From Lachnospira sp. UBA2821 (GTDB lineage Bacteria > Bacillota > Clostridia > Lachnospirales > Lachnospiraceae): a stretch of DNA of 64,000 nucleotides. A model generated the notes under the pieces. The model made no database searches. It was given only the letters and a program-made list of their open reading frames with translations, and was not told the origin of the DNA. The position numbers were made by a program, and so were the translations under genes. The stretch lies in contig DEGR01000048.1 of the NCBI GenBank assembly GCA_002351535.1, positions 21,214 to 85,213 on the forward strand, written 5' to 3'. Shown piece after piece: positions 42,931 to 52,996 of the stretch (within the stretch, counting starts at the first letter, position 1; the number at the start of each line of letters is the position of its first letter).

Positions 42931-43869
42931 CTAAATAACAAAATTGGCTATAATTGCAACACAACCTACTATTGCACAATAATATGAAAAATATCTGAAC
43001 TTTTTGTTTTTAATAAGTACAAGCATAGCTTTGATGCATATAAATCCTACTACACCTGCCACTACGGTTCCTGCAATATAACACATTAACTCTGAACCTG
43101 TAATTGCATTTTCAGGGTCAAATAAATCTTTAATATCAAGAATATTTGCTCCAAGAATCGCAGGTATTGACATTATAAATGAATATTTAACAGCAAACTT
43201 TCTGTCAAATCCAAGTAACCGCTCTATGGTTATTGTAGTTCCGGACCTTGATAATCCGGGAAGTGTTGCAATTCCCTGCGATACCCCGACAATCACCGCA
43301 TCCTTATATGAAACTTTATCTTCTTTCTTTCTTTTATCAGGTAACTCATCTACTATGTATAAAAGACACGCTGTAATAAGAAGGCTTAAACCTACTACTA
43401 AAAGACTTGGATTATCCATATTAAATATCTTCTTAAACAGAAGACCTATTATACCTGTTGGAATTGTTGATACAATTATAAGCATAACAAAACGTCTGTA
43501 AGGTGTACTTATAATCTTTCTGTATGCTCTTTTATCCTTCTTAAAAAAGCATACGATATTATGAAATGCATCAACTATTATCATTACTCCTTCTTTGATT
43601 AACTCCCATATATCTTTCCAATATACGATAAACACAGCTACAAGTGTTCCAAAGTGTAACATCAGATCAAATGTAAGACCAACATCTGATAATCCAAACA
43701 GCTTTTTGAATAAAGCAAGGTGTCCTGAGCTGCTTACCGGCAAAAACTCTGCCAGTCCCTGTACAATTCCCAATATAATTGCTTCTATAAAACTCATTTT
43801 TTCAATCCTTTCCTTCGTCCTAATAGACATATTCGTTAACATTGTACTATTTATTTGAAAATAATTCAA
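42931..43869 (-). CDS. uppP: Undecaprenyl-diphosphate phosphatase (BacA)
   Basis: QGLAEFLPVSSSGH, PGLSRSGTT; likely start 43797. Confidence 0.95.
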   Translation of the reverse strand: MNYFQINSTMLTNMSIRTKERIEKMSFIEAIILGIVQGLAEFLPVSSSGHLALFKKLFGLSDVGLTFDLMLHFGTLVAVFIVYWKDIWELIKEGVMIIVDAFHNIVCFFKKDKRAYRKIISTPYRRFVMLIIVSTIPTGIIGLLFKKIFNMDNPSLLVVGLSLLITACLLYIVDELPDKRKKEDKVSYKDAVIVGVSQGIATLPGLSRSGTTITIERLLGFDRKFAVKYSFIMSIPAILGANILDIKDLFDPENAITGSELMCYIAGTVVAGVVGFICIKAMLVLIKNKKFRYFSYYCAIVGCVAIIANFVI

Positions 43870-44552
43870 GCACTGTGACTGTTATCTATCATCTTATACA
43901 ATCTGTCAAATGCCTCTTTTATCCCTCCTACTTCATTAATAAGTCCACACTCAACAGCCTCCTCTCCAACAAGGATTGTTCCAAGATCTTTTGTAAAGGT
44001 ATCTGAATTCATCATAAGTTCCTCAATCCTGCCTTTCTCAATACATGAATGTTCTTCTATAAAGCCGGTAATCCTCGATTGGATAATTCTGAAATAATCA
44101 TATGTCTTCTGCGCCCCAATTATCATTCCACTCATTCTCACAGGATGAACAACCATTGTTCCCGATGGTACTATGAAAGAATAATCCGCTGATACACTTA
44201 GTGGAATGCCTATTGAATGACTTCCTCCAAGTACCAGGGACACTACGGGTTTACTCATGGATGCTATCATTTCTGCAATAGCAAGACCGCACTCCACATC
44301 GCCCCCTGTCGTATTAATTATCATAAGTATTCCGTCATATTCACTACTGTCTTCAACCAAAACCAGTTGCGGAAGTATATGTTCGTACTTTGTTGTCTTT
44401 GTTGTTGCAGGAAGAACATCATGCCCTTCTATTTCTCCTATAACAGACAAAAGATATATATTATATCCCTTTTTATTATCTTTAAGTTCCACAGTACCAT
44501 ACTCTTTTATATCTTCTCTTTTTTTATCTTTGCACATAAAAATAGCACACAC
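43866..44552 (-). CDS. tepA: ClpP-family translocation-enhancing protein TepA
   Basis: TTKYEHILPQL, NTTGGDVECG, GGSHSIG, VHPVR; lies upstream of uppP-ftsK. Confidence 0.8.
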   Translation of the reverse strand: MCAIFMCKDKKREDIKEYGTVELKDNKKGYNIYLLSVIGEIEGHDVLPATTKTTKYEHILPQLVLVEDSSEYDGILMIINTTGGDVECGLAIAEMIASMSKPVVSLVLGGSHSIGIPLSVSADYSFIVPSGTMVVHPVRMSGMIIGAQKTYDYFRIIQSRITGFIEEHSCIEKGRIEELMMNSDTFTKDLGTILVGEEAVECGLINEVGGIKEAFDRLYKMIDNSHSA

Positions 44553-44631
44553 ACCTTTCTAGTGTAATCGACATATTTATTTCCATATCATGTCAGCTTC
44601 ACTAATATAAGTATGTATGCTATCTGTTCAT

Positions 44632-46752
44632 TTATGCATTTACATCTACTTTTTCGATTATGTCTATGAGCTTATTGTAACGCTGTATCTCAAGCTCCTT
44701 ATTCTCAAACTGGTCAATTACCATATTAAGTTCATTCGTAATATCTTTAAGAAGATTATCTGCAAATGTTCTCTTTAATTCATCAATTCCATCTTCAAAT
44801 CTCATTACTTCATGCTCTAACTTCTTACAAATACCTTCCCTTACATCATAGATTGTATCTGATAATACCTTTTTGAAGTTTGACTTCATTGAATTACTCT
44901 TAATCTCTCCCGTAAATTCTGATGTAATAATATCTTCAAAAGGTGCAGTAGGAAATTCTATTGCAGGAATTCTTATACCATTAAGCGTCCTCTCTACAAG
45001 AAGCTTATAATATGAAGCATCATAGTTATCTCCAAGTGCATCAAGATTCTCTATAATAATGCTTAAAAGCTTATTCTTAAGTACCGATATGTCTAATGAT
45101 TTATTGAATGTAAGTTCAATACATTCCTTGCCATCCTCAACAAAATTTCTTATATTTTCTATTGCATCATATGCATCAATATACGAATATTTCTCATCAT
45201 AACTATATATAACTCTTGATGTAGTTCCCCATGTCCATGGTTTGAACCATTTTGCATTAGATTCTTTCCTAATCTCAAAATGTGTCGTTATTCCTTCTTT
45301 TTCAGATACCTGAAGATACTCACGGTTATATGCCCTTATCTCACTTATAGCCTGAAGTTTATACTGCTCTATCTTCTCTTTAAGGTCATTGAATACAACC
45401 TCAAGATTCACATTCATCTTGTTAATCTGTGATGTTATATTTTTCTTCTGTTCTGAAAGCTTTTCCTTGTCATATTTGTTAAGCTGTGTAATTCTGTTTT
45501 TTGCAAGGTTCTGAATTCGCATAAGCTTATCTTTAAGCTCATCTTTGGCATCAGGAATAAATGTAGATGCTTTTTCTTCCAGCATTATATCCTTTTTACT
45601 TACAACTTCATCAAAGATATTACGGATTTCATCCATATTACCTATCTTCATAAGCTGTTCCTTTGTAACCGGACCTTTAGAAGCAAAATCATCATATACC
45701 TTCTGTTCTTTCTTTGTAAGATTCTTTAAATCCTTCTTCGCCATATTTTCTGCAATGGCTGAAACAAACACGGGATGTTTGAACTGTTCTATAAGTTCAA
45801 CATCAACATAATAATTATTATTTCTATATGTATTAAATGCCGATTCTGCATATTCGGTAAGCTGCTTCTTTGTATACTCAAATGCCTCATCCAGTGAATC
45901 TTTTGACCATAAAGTATCTCTTATTCCGTCATCAACTCTGCTGCATACAAGTACAACCTTCTTAACGCCCTTCTTAGGAAGCTGTGACGCTACAAGATCT
46001 ATATCATTTTTATCAAGAAATGATGTTGATTTGCTAAGGAAGAATACTACATCACACAATTCCATAAACTGTTTCGTCTTATCAACTCTTGATAAAATCG
46101 GGTCATATAATCCCGGCGTATCTACAATTGAGATATCTTCCAACTCTTCCCTGTCCGTATAAATGCTTACGCTCTTAACCAATGGTGTATATTTACCATT
46201 TTCTCCAACATAATCATTTATATTCTCCATCAGTTCTTCATAAGATTCATAATATATAACTTCTTTTTGTTTTGTGATAAAATCCTGCGCATTGAGATTT
46301 CTTTCTTCCGTCATTGTCATTATCTCATGTGCAACTTTATATTCATTCTTTTCTCTGTCACCGGATGCTGCCGCATTAATCAGTTTCCACTCTTCCCTTG
46401 TAAAATACTCAACCTCAAGTCTGTTCTCGGCATCGTATTCTATCTTTGTGAGAACTGCTGTCTTAGGTGTTACGGCAGATGGCAGAACCGGATTTCCCTC
46501 AAACATTAAAGTATTAAGAAATGAGGATTTTCCCACCTTAACTCTTCCGATGATGCCAATATTCAGCTTTCTGTCTTCTCTGAAAAAATCATCTGTCTTA
46601 CTTCGAAAGCTCTTCTTAATCAAAGCTATATCAAATAAATCAATTTCATTTTCAAATTCCTGCAGATTTCTATACACATTATCTACTTTATCCAGAAACT
46701 TACCAAACTCTACCTCGTTGTCCTTGGTTCTGTTAAAAATATCCATCACCAT
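44632..46752 (-). CDS. Dynamin-like GTPase (LeoA-like), 706 aa
   Basis: G1 GRVKVGKSS, G2 PKT, G3 DTPG, long helical C-terminal stalk. Confidence 0.82.
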   Translation of the reverse strand: MVMDIFNRTKDNEVEFGKFLDKVDNVYRNLQEFENEIDLFDIALIKKSFRSKTDDFFREDRKLNIGIIGRVKVGKSSFLNTLMFEGNPVLPSAVTPKTAVLTKIEYDAENRLEVEYFTREEWKLINAAASGDREKNEYKVAHEIMTMTEERNLNAQDFITKQKEVIYYESYEELMENINDYVGENGKYTPLVKSVSIYTDREELEDISIVDTPGLYDPILSRVDKTKQFMELCDVVFFLSKSTSFLDKNDIDLVASQLPKKGVKKVVLVCSRVDDGIRDTLWSKDSLDEAFEYTKKQLTEYAESAFNTYRNNNYYVDVELIEQFKHPVFVSAIAENMAKKDLKNLTKKEQKVYDDFASKGPVTKEQLMKIGNMDEIRNIFDEVVSKKDIMLEEKASTFIPDAKDELKDKLMRIQNLAKNRITQLNKYDKEKLSEQKKNITSQINKMNVNLEVVFNDLKEKIEQYKLQAISEIRAYNREYLQVSEKEGITTHFEIRKESNAKWFKPWTWGTTSRVIYSYDEKYSYIDAYDAIENIRNFVEDGKECIELTFNKSLDISVLKNKLLSIIIENLDALGDNYDASYYKLLVERTLNGIRIPAIEFPTAPFEDIITSEFTGEIKSNSMKSNFKKVLSDTIYDVREGICKKLEHEVMRFEDGIDELKRTFADNLLKDITNELNMVIDQFENKELEIQRYNKLIDIIEKVDVNA

Positions 46753-46758
46753 ATCCTC

Positions 46759-48390
46759 CTATGACAAATTATCCATTCTGAATGCCTCAACCACCTTAAG
46801 ATCTGCTTCAAGATTTTCTGTCTGAACTATTCTGTTATTCTCTTCAATGCTTATATCAGTCTCAATATCACGAAGTGATTTCTGAAGCATCTCCCTTTGT
46901 TTCATTACATCCTGTTCTATTTTCTGGTTTATCTTTGATATGTAATTGTTAATAGCAAGCTCAATACTGTCTGTAGTCTGTCTTGTGACTTCATTTACTA
47001 TATCATTGGCAGCTTTATCTATCTCTAATTGCTTCTTTCTGTTATTTTTTATATTATGTAAAGTATCTGCCGTTATTCCTACTATTGCTCCAACTGCTGC
47101 AGCTATGGGATTAGCTATTGCAAATCCGACACCTGCGAGTACTACAGGCAGTGCCGACTTGGCTACTTCTTCCGGAATACTCTGGTTCACCGCTGCCTTG
47201 ACATTTCTTATTATCTCATCATCGTCCGGAAACTGTATAGTAATCATCTCTGATATATGATTAACATATTTCTTAAGTTTTGGTTCAAACTCTGTGTTTA
47301 TTCCTACTCTTACAGAACGTCTCACAATAGAATTGACTTTATCTGTAATATCATTACCATTCTCAAGCATGGCACTTATGGTTGGCAGGCTTGATTCCAA
47401 ATCTCCTTTAACATGTTCCCTGATAGAATTTATACATACTTTAGCCTGTCTCTGGAAATTATGTTTCTCCCTGTCAATCTCAAGTGTAAGCTCCTGTATT
47501 TTCTTTTCAGTCTTTTCTTTCTCCTGCTCAAGTCTCGAAGTTGAAAGACACGCTTTATCAATTCTTTCTATAAGATATACCTCAGCATATTTCGAACAGT
47601 TTCTAAGATGCTCTGAATATTTATTAACAAATATCTGATCTGTCTTGCCCTGAATCTCAATAAGTATTTCTTTTAATTCATCAACATTAACCCTGCCATA
47701 TGAATCCACACATGCAACCTTTACATCATCCTGTCCGATTATCCTGCCAACCAGCTTCTTTAACAATGCTTTACATTCTTCAAGTTCATCATCATCAAGT
47801 CTGTGGCTTTTTGTAATCACAACATATACCGGCATGTTATATACTCTTAATTCTTTAAGAAAATCCGATATACTTTCCTTAAGTACCGGTTCATCTGATG
47901 ATACCACAAGCAGATATGCCAGACTGTTAGGAAGGTACTGGTCAATTGCCCTGTTATGAAGTTCAATACTTGTATCAAATCCCGGCAAATCCACTATATT
48001 TACTGACTTTATCTGTTTTAAAAACTCACTGTCATATTCTATCTTAACAAGATTAGTTGTCTGTATCGTAAGCCCTTTAAGTGGCAGCTCTTCTATCTTT
48101 CTTTCTATAACACATTTTTTATCATATTGGTATACTTTATTATTGCCATAATATACCTCTGTTGGAACAGCTGTTTCAGGCGTAATCTCGACACTAAGAA
48201 GAGGCTTTCCTATCACTGCATTAATCATTGAACTTTTGCCTGTACTAAAATTACCTACGACGGGTGTATTTACCCTATATGTATCCATACTTTCTAATAT
48301 TTCCTGTGTTTCTTCATAAGGAATATCATATTTTTTCTGAATCTCAATAAGCTTTTGAAATTTTTCTTTGTACTCGTCTAAATATTTCAT
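46759..48390 (-). CDS. Dynamin-like GTPase, 543 aa, with hydrophobic paddle segment
   Basis: G1 GNFSTGKSS, PETAVPT, DLPG, ITKS; hydrophobic ALPVVLAGVGFAIANPIAAAVGAIVG. Confidence 0.85.
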   Translation of the reverse strand: MKYLDEYKEKFQKLIEIQKKYDIPYEETQEILESMDTYRVNTPVVGNFSTGKSSMINAVIGKPLLSVEITPETAVPTEVYYGNNKVYQYDKKCVIERKIEELPLKGLTIQTTNLVKIEYDSEFLKQIKSVNIVDLPGFDTSIELHNRAIDQYLPNSLAYLLVVSSDEPVLKESISDFLKELRVYNMPVYVVITKSHRLDDDELEECKALLKKLVGRIIGQDDVKVACVDSYGRVNVDELKEILIEIQGKTDQIFVNKYSEHLRNCSKYAEVYLIERIDKACLSTSRLEQEKEKTEKKIQELTLEIDREKHNFQRQAKVCINSIREHVKGDLESSLPTISAMLENGNDITDKVNSIVRRSVRVGINTEFEPKLKKYVNHISEMITIQFPDDDEIIRNVKAAVNQSIPEEVAKSALPVVLAGVGFAIANPIAAAVGAIVGITADTLHNIKNNRKKQLEIDKAANDIVNEVTRQTTDSIELAINNYISKINQKIEQDVMKQREMLQKSLRDIETDISIEENNRIVQTENLEADLKVVEAFRMDNLS

Positions 48391-48415
48391 TGCTGCCTCC
48401 CATAAAATATCACTA

Positions 48416-49456
48416 TTAGTCCAATTCTAACCGCTTCGTGGATTCTCCCACAATTAATTCACCCGAGAAAATTATATTGTCTTTTATATTTGGCTTGTTA
48501 TTTATCATACCAAATAAAAGTCTTAATGTTTCCCTTGCCATCTCCTCTACAGGCTGGCGGATAGTTGTAATTGATGGTATATAGTATCTTGCTATTTCAA
48601 GTCCATCAAACCCCGCTATTGAATAGTCATCAGGTACTTTTTTCCCACTTTCCCAGATAGCCCTGCATGCCCCAATAGCTATGGCATCCGTAATAGCATA
48701 AACAGCCGTACACTGTACATCTAATTGTAACATTTTTTTTGTTGTAATGTAACCACTTTTTACAGAATATCTGTCATTTCCCTCAATTAACTCAAACACC
48801 AGATTTTTGTCAAATTCTATTCCATTCTTTTTAAGTGCTCTCTTATATCCTAACATTCTTAGTTTGCCAATACTCTCGTCATCTTCTGATGCTGCAAGTA
48901 TTGCTATTTTCTTATGTCCAAGACTGCACAGATAATCAACTATCTTAAAACTTTCCATCTCATCATCCACTGCTACCGAAGCAAATTCTTTATGTAATTC
49001 AATATCCTGCATTCCTATTGTACTTAGCACAAAAGGAACTTTTAATTTATTAAGCTTTTCTTTTGAATGTGAAAAATAACCTCCCAGAAATACAATTCCT
49101 TTAAGCTTCTTTTCCTTCTCTATCTCAAGTGCAACATCTATCTCGTCCTGATTCTGGTCAACACGTTGAAGTATAAAAGTATACTGTTCATCCTGAATTC
49201 CTTTTTCAAATTCTGTTATCATGGGACTAAAAAATGAATTATTTATTCCTTTGACTAATACCGCAATCGTCTCTGATTTTATCCTCTTAAGATTTCTTGC
49301 ACTGTTATTAGGCACATAATTATTTTCCTCTATCACCTTCAATATTCGTTGTTTTGTTGCCACATTTATTCCCGGACTGTTATTAATTGCCCTTGATACC
49401 GTGCTGACTCCTACATCACACATCCTGGCTATATCTTTTATTGTTACTGATTCCAT
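48416..49456 (-). CDS. LacI-family transcriptional regulator (probable maltodextrin repressor)
   Basis: TIKDIARMCDVGVSTVSRAIN HTH; YVPNNSARNLK; GFDG; downstream of malQ. Confidence 0.92.
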   Translation of the reverse strand: MESVTIKDIARMCDVGVSTVSRAINNSPGINVATKQRILKVIEENNYVPNNSARNLKRIKSETIAVLVKGINNSFFSPMITEFEKGIQDEQYTFILQRVDQNQDEIDVALEIEKEKKLKGIVFLGGYFSHSKEKLNKLKVPFVLSTIGMQDIELHKEFASVAVDDEMESFKIVDYLCSLGHKKIAILAASEDDESIGKLRMLGYKRALKKNGIEFDKNLVFELIEGNDRYSVKSGYITTKKMLQLDVQCTAVYAITDAIAIGACRAIWESGKKVPDDYSIAGFDGLEIARYYIPSITTIRQPVEEMARETLRLLFGMINNKPNIKDNIIFSGELIVGESTKRLELD

Positions 49457-49537
49457 CCATTATCCCTTCCTGATTAAACAAATGCCCACTGACTTGTATC
49501 GTCCGTGAGCATTCATTTACAATCAATAATTCATTTT

Positions 49538-51031
49538 TCAGCTTCCGCAATTTCTTCCGTAAATATCTGTCATCTGAGCTATTCTGTCCAAAAGTTCATC
49601 TGTAATATCTTCTTCCATCATTCTCCACGTCCAATTTCCCCCGACAGTAGACGGAATGTTTATTCTTGCCTCTGAACCTAATCCCAGATAATCCTGTAAT
49701 GGAATTATTGCCATATTTGATACACTTGCCATTGCAATTCTGATAAAATCATTGTGTATGTCTTTATCAGCTGTATTATAATTATTCATATATTTTTTTG
49801 AATATTCACGGTCTTCATCACTTATTGTACGATACCACCCCTGAATCGTATCATTATCATGCGTTCCTGTATATACAACTGTATTCTTATCATATGTGTG
49901 TGGAAGATAATTACTCTCTTCCCTTGAGTCAAATGCAAACTGAATTATCTTCATTCCCGGATATCCCGTATCCTTAACCAACTTTATAACAGAATCTGTA
50001 AGATATCCTAAATCCTCAGCTATGATATCAAGTTTACCAAGCTTATCCTCTATTGTTTTAAACAAACCGATTCCCGGTCCCTTCTCCCAGTGACCGTTCT
50101 CGGCTGTGGAATCTCCATAAGGTATAGAATAATACTCGTCGAAGCCTCTGAAATGATCTATTCTGACCACATCATACAGCTTAAAACTATATTCTACTCT
50201 CCTTATCCACCATTTATATCCGGTTTTCTTATGATATCCCCAGTCATATAAAGGATTTCCCCACAACTGACCTGTTGCTGCAAATGCATCAGGCGGACAT
50301 CCCGCTACCGCAGATGGAATATTATCTTTAGTAAATTGGAATAACTTTTTATCAGACCAGCAGTCTGCACTGTCAAATGCAACATATATTGGAATGTCTC
50401 CTATAATCTTTACTCCATGACTATTAGCATATTCCTTAAGTTCCATCCACTGCATAAAAAACTTATATTGTAAAAATTCATAAAAAAGAATATCATCTGA
50501 TAATTCTTCCTTATACATATCAACATCTTCTTTTTTACGAAGCTTTATTCCTTCTTCCCAGTCAGTCCACATTGAACCGTCATGAGAATCCTTAACCGCC
50601 ATGTACAAAGCATAATCCGGCAGCCAGTCTTTATTTTCCTCGACAAATCTTATAAAAGCTTTATCTTCCCTGACATTACTATTTTCAAATGCTGTCCATA
50701 ATATATCATATCTCTCAGCGTATATTTTTCCATAATCAACCACTCTGGCATTATCGCCAAAATCACACTCATCACACTCTTCCCTTGTAATAAGTCCCTC
50801 TTCTATGAGTTTTTCCAAATCGATAAAATATGGATTACCGGCAAATGTTGAAAATGACTGGTATGGCGAATCACCAAAGCTGGTCTGCCCCAGTGGAAGT
50901 ATCTGCCAAAAATGCTGATGGGCTTTTTCAAGCCCATCAACAAATCTATATGCTTCTTTTGAAAAGCACCCTATTCCATATTTTGACGGAAGACTGGATA
51001 TTGGTAACAATATACCACTTGCTCTCATCAA
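49538..51031 (-). CDS. malQ: 4-alpha-glucanotransferase (GH77)
   Basis: SPYQSFSTFAGN, GQLWGNPLY, RIDHFRG, AEDLG, YTGTHDNDT. Confidence 0.96.
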   Translation of the reverse strand: MMRASGILLPISSLPSKYGIGCFSKEAYRFVDGLEKAHQHFWQILPLGQTSFGDSPYQSFSTFAGNPYFIDLEKLIEEGLITREECDECDFGDNARVVDYGKIYAERYDILWTAFENSNVREDKAFIRFVEENKDWLPDYALYMAVKDSHDGSMWTDWEEGIKLRKKEDVDMYKEELSDDILFYEFLQYKFFMQWMELKEYANSHGVKIIGDIPIYVAFDSADCWSDKKLFQFTKDNIPSAVAGCPPDAFAATGQLWGNPLYDWGYHKKTGYKWWIRRVEYSFKLYDVVRIDHFRGFDEYYSIPYGDSTAENGHWEKGPGIGLFKTIEDKLGKLDIIAEDLGYLTDSVIKLVKDTGYPGMKIIQFAFDSREESNYLPHTYDKNTVVYTGTHDNDTIQGWYRTISDEDREYSKKYMNNYNTADKDIHNDFIRIAMASVSNMAIIPLQDYLGLGSEARINIPSTVGGNWTWRMMEEDITDELLDRIAQMTDIYGRNCGS

Positions 51032-51039
51032 ATCACATC

Positions 51040-51972
51040 CTATCCTTTAACAGCGCCGGCAGCAACACCTTTGATGATGTACTTCTGGCAGCTTAAATAA
51101 AATATTATAATTGGAACTATCGCTATAACAAGCATAGCCATAAGCCATCCAAGATTCTTAACACCATAAGAACCTGTACATGCATCAATAGCTATTGGTA
51201 TTGTCTTAACTTCTGTTGGAAGAATCAGTTTTGGAAGAAGATAATCGTTCCAAATCCACATTGTTTCAAGAATAGCAATTGTAATACATGTTGGTTTTAA
51301 CATCGGAAGCACAACTTTAAAAAATGTCTGAATCGGATTACATCCGTCAATCATCGCAGCTTCTTCAACATCATATGGAATTGCCTTAACAAATCCACTA
51401 AACATAAATACACACATCCCTGCTCCGAAACCTACATATAACACAATAAGTCCCGGTACACTTGCCATATGAAGCTCATTAGCAAGGTTAGACATAGTGT
51501 ACATAACCATCTGGAATGGTACTACCATTGAAAATACAAATAAATAATATATTACCTTAGTAACTTTTGTCTTATTTCTTGTTATATACCATGCAGTCAT
51601 GGATGTAAGTAACACAAGTACAAGAACCGCAACAACAGTAATTATGGCCGAATTCTTAATAGCTGAAAGCATACCTACTTTGGCCGCACCTTCTGTATAG
51701 TTACTCCATCCTGTAAATGTTTCTTTAGTGAGAAGGTCAAATGCCATTCCTTTTCCTTCTCTGATTGCAAGTTTTTTCTTAAATGAGTTCATTACTATAA
51801 GAAAAATTGGTGTAAGCCATGCAAGCGACAGAACAGTCATTACTATAAAGGTTATCCATCCTGAAATCTGGCTTTTTAACTTTGCACTTGCCATACTGCT
51901 GTTACCGGGTTCCTTTGTCTGAATCTGGCTTCTGTCTATATATCCTTCTTCTTTCTTAATCTCTTCGCTCAT
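51040..51972 (-). CDS. Carbohydrate ABC transporter permease (MalG-like)
   Basis: EEAAMIDG EAA loop; WIWNDYLLP. Confidence 0.93.
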   Translation of the reverse strand: MSEEIKKEEGYIDRSQIQTKEPGNSSMASAKLKSQISGWITFIVMTVLSLAWLTPIFLIVMNSFKKKLAIREGKGMAFDLLTKETFTGWSNYTEGAAKVGMLSAIKNSAIITVVAVLVLVLLTSMTAWYITRNKTKVTKVIYYLFVFSMVVPFQMVMYTMSNLANELHMASVPGLIVLYVGFGAGMCVFMFSGFVKAIPYDVEEAAMIDGCNPIQTFFKVVLPMLKPTCITIAILETMWIWNDYLLPKLILPTEVKTIPIAIDACTGSYGVKNLGWLMAMLVIAIVPIIIFYLSCQKYIIKGVAAGAVKG

Positions 51973-52832
51973 TACTGCTCTACCTCCTTCTTTCTAGTTA
52001 CTGAAAGCTGAACAAATGTAATTAAAGCTACAAGAATAAAGAATATAACAGCTTTAGCCTGACCCATACCTTCTGAATAAGGATTTACCTGATGATTGTA
52101 GAATGTATCAAAGATATCCATAGCTACAAGGTTTGTCTTAGAGCTAAATCCGTTCAACGCATAGTTCTGGTCATATAATTTAAACATATTTGATATCGAT
52201 AAGAAAAGACATATTGTTATCGATGGCATTACCAACGGTAATGTTATTTTTCTTAATATCTGGAACGAAGTCGCTCCATCAATTCTTGCTGCTTCCATTA
52301 CATCTTCAGGTATGTTCTGAATACCTGCAATGTAAATAATCATCATATATCCCATAAGCTGCCAGCTCATTACAATGATAAGTCCCCAAAAACCATAATT
52401 GGCACCACCGTAACCAAACACATGGTGGAAGTACTTCTGGCAGAATGTATCCATAATCTCTTTCCAAATATATCCAAGAACAATACCACCGATAAGGTTT
52501 GGCATAAAGAAGATTGTTCTAAAGATATTAGTTCCCGGCACTTTCTTAGTTAAGAAGTATGCCAGTAAAAACGCACCCACATTTATAATAATAACACCAA
52601 TAATTGTAAACTTTGTTGTTCTTAACAACGTTGTAAGGAATGTTGCATCCTCGCTTGAAAAAATCTTAATATAATTCGTAAAGCCAACCCATTTAGCATC
52701 TTTTACCGTATTAAACTGGCAAAAAGAAAGATATATACCCATTATAAAAGGTATAATAAATGCTATTGTAAATGAGATAAGTGTAGGCAATACAAACAAC
52801 GGAAAATACTTTCTATATGTTTTTTTATTCAT
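51972..52832 (-). CDS. Carbohydrate ABC transporter permease (MalF-like)
   Basis: MEAARIDGA EAA loop; WVGFTNY. Confidence 0.93.
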   Translation of the reverse strand: MNKKTYRKYFPLFVLPTLISFTIAFIIPFIMGIYLSFCQFNTVKDAKWVGFTNYIKIFSSEDATFLTTLLRTTKFTIIGVIIINVGAFLLAYFLTKKVPGTNIFRTIFFMPNLIGGIVLGYIWKEIMDTFCQKYFHHVFGYGGANYGFWGLIIVMSWQLMGYMMIIYIAGIQNIPEDVMEAARIDGATSFQILRKITLPLVMPSITICLFLSISNMFKLYDQNYALNGFSSKTNLVAMDIFDTFYNHQVNPYSEGMGQAKAVIFFILVALITFVQLSVTRKKEVEQ

Positions 52833-52861
52833 AATTCACCTCAAAAACAGTTGTAATTGCT

Positions 52862-52895
52862 TATAAAAAAAGTGAGCGAGCCAATTCTCACCCAC
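52862..52895 (-). terminator. Internal terminator between binding-protein and permease genes
   Basis: Minus-strand stem agtgggtgag/ctcgctcact (two G-U pairs) followed by a U-run. Confidence 0.55.
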
Positions 52896-52912
52896 TATAT
52901 ACACTTTTATTG

Positions 52913-52939
52913 TGTCATGCGTGCATAGCACGCATGACA
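52913..52939. other. Stem-loop 3' of the binding-protein gene (probable mRNA stabiliser)
   Basis: tgtcatgcgtgc ... gcacgcatgaca inverted repeat. Confidence 0.6.
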
Positions 52940-52996
52940 TATTACAGGGAGTAAGGAATATTAAGTTATACTATACCCGTTTCCCTAAGATTCATA

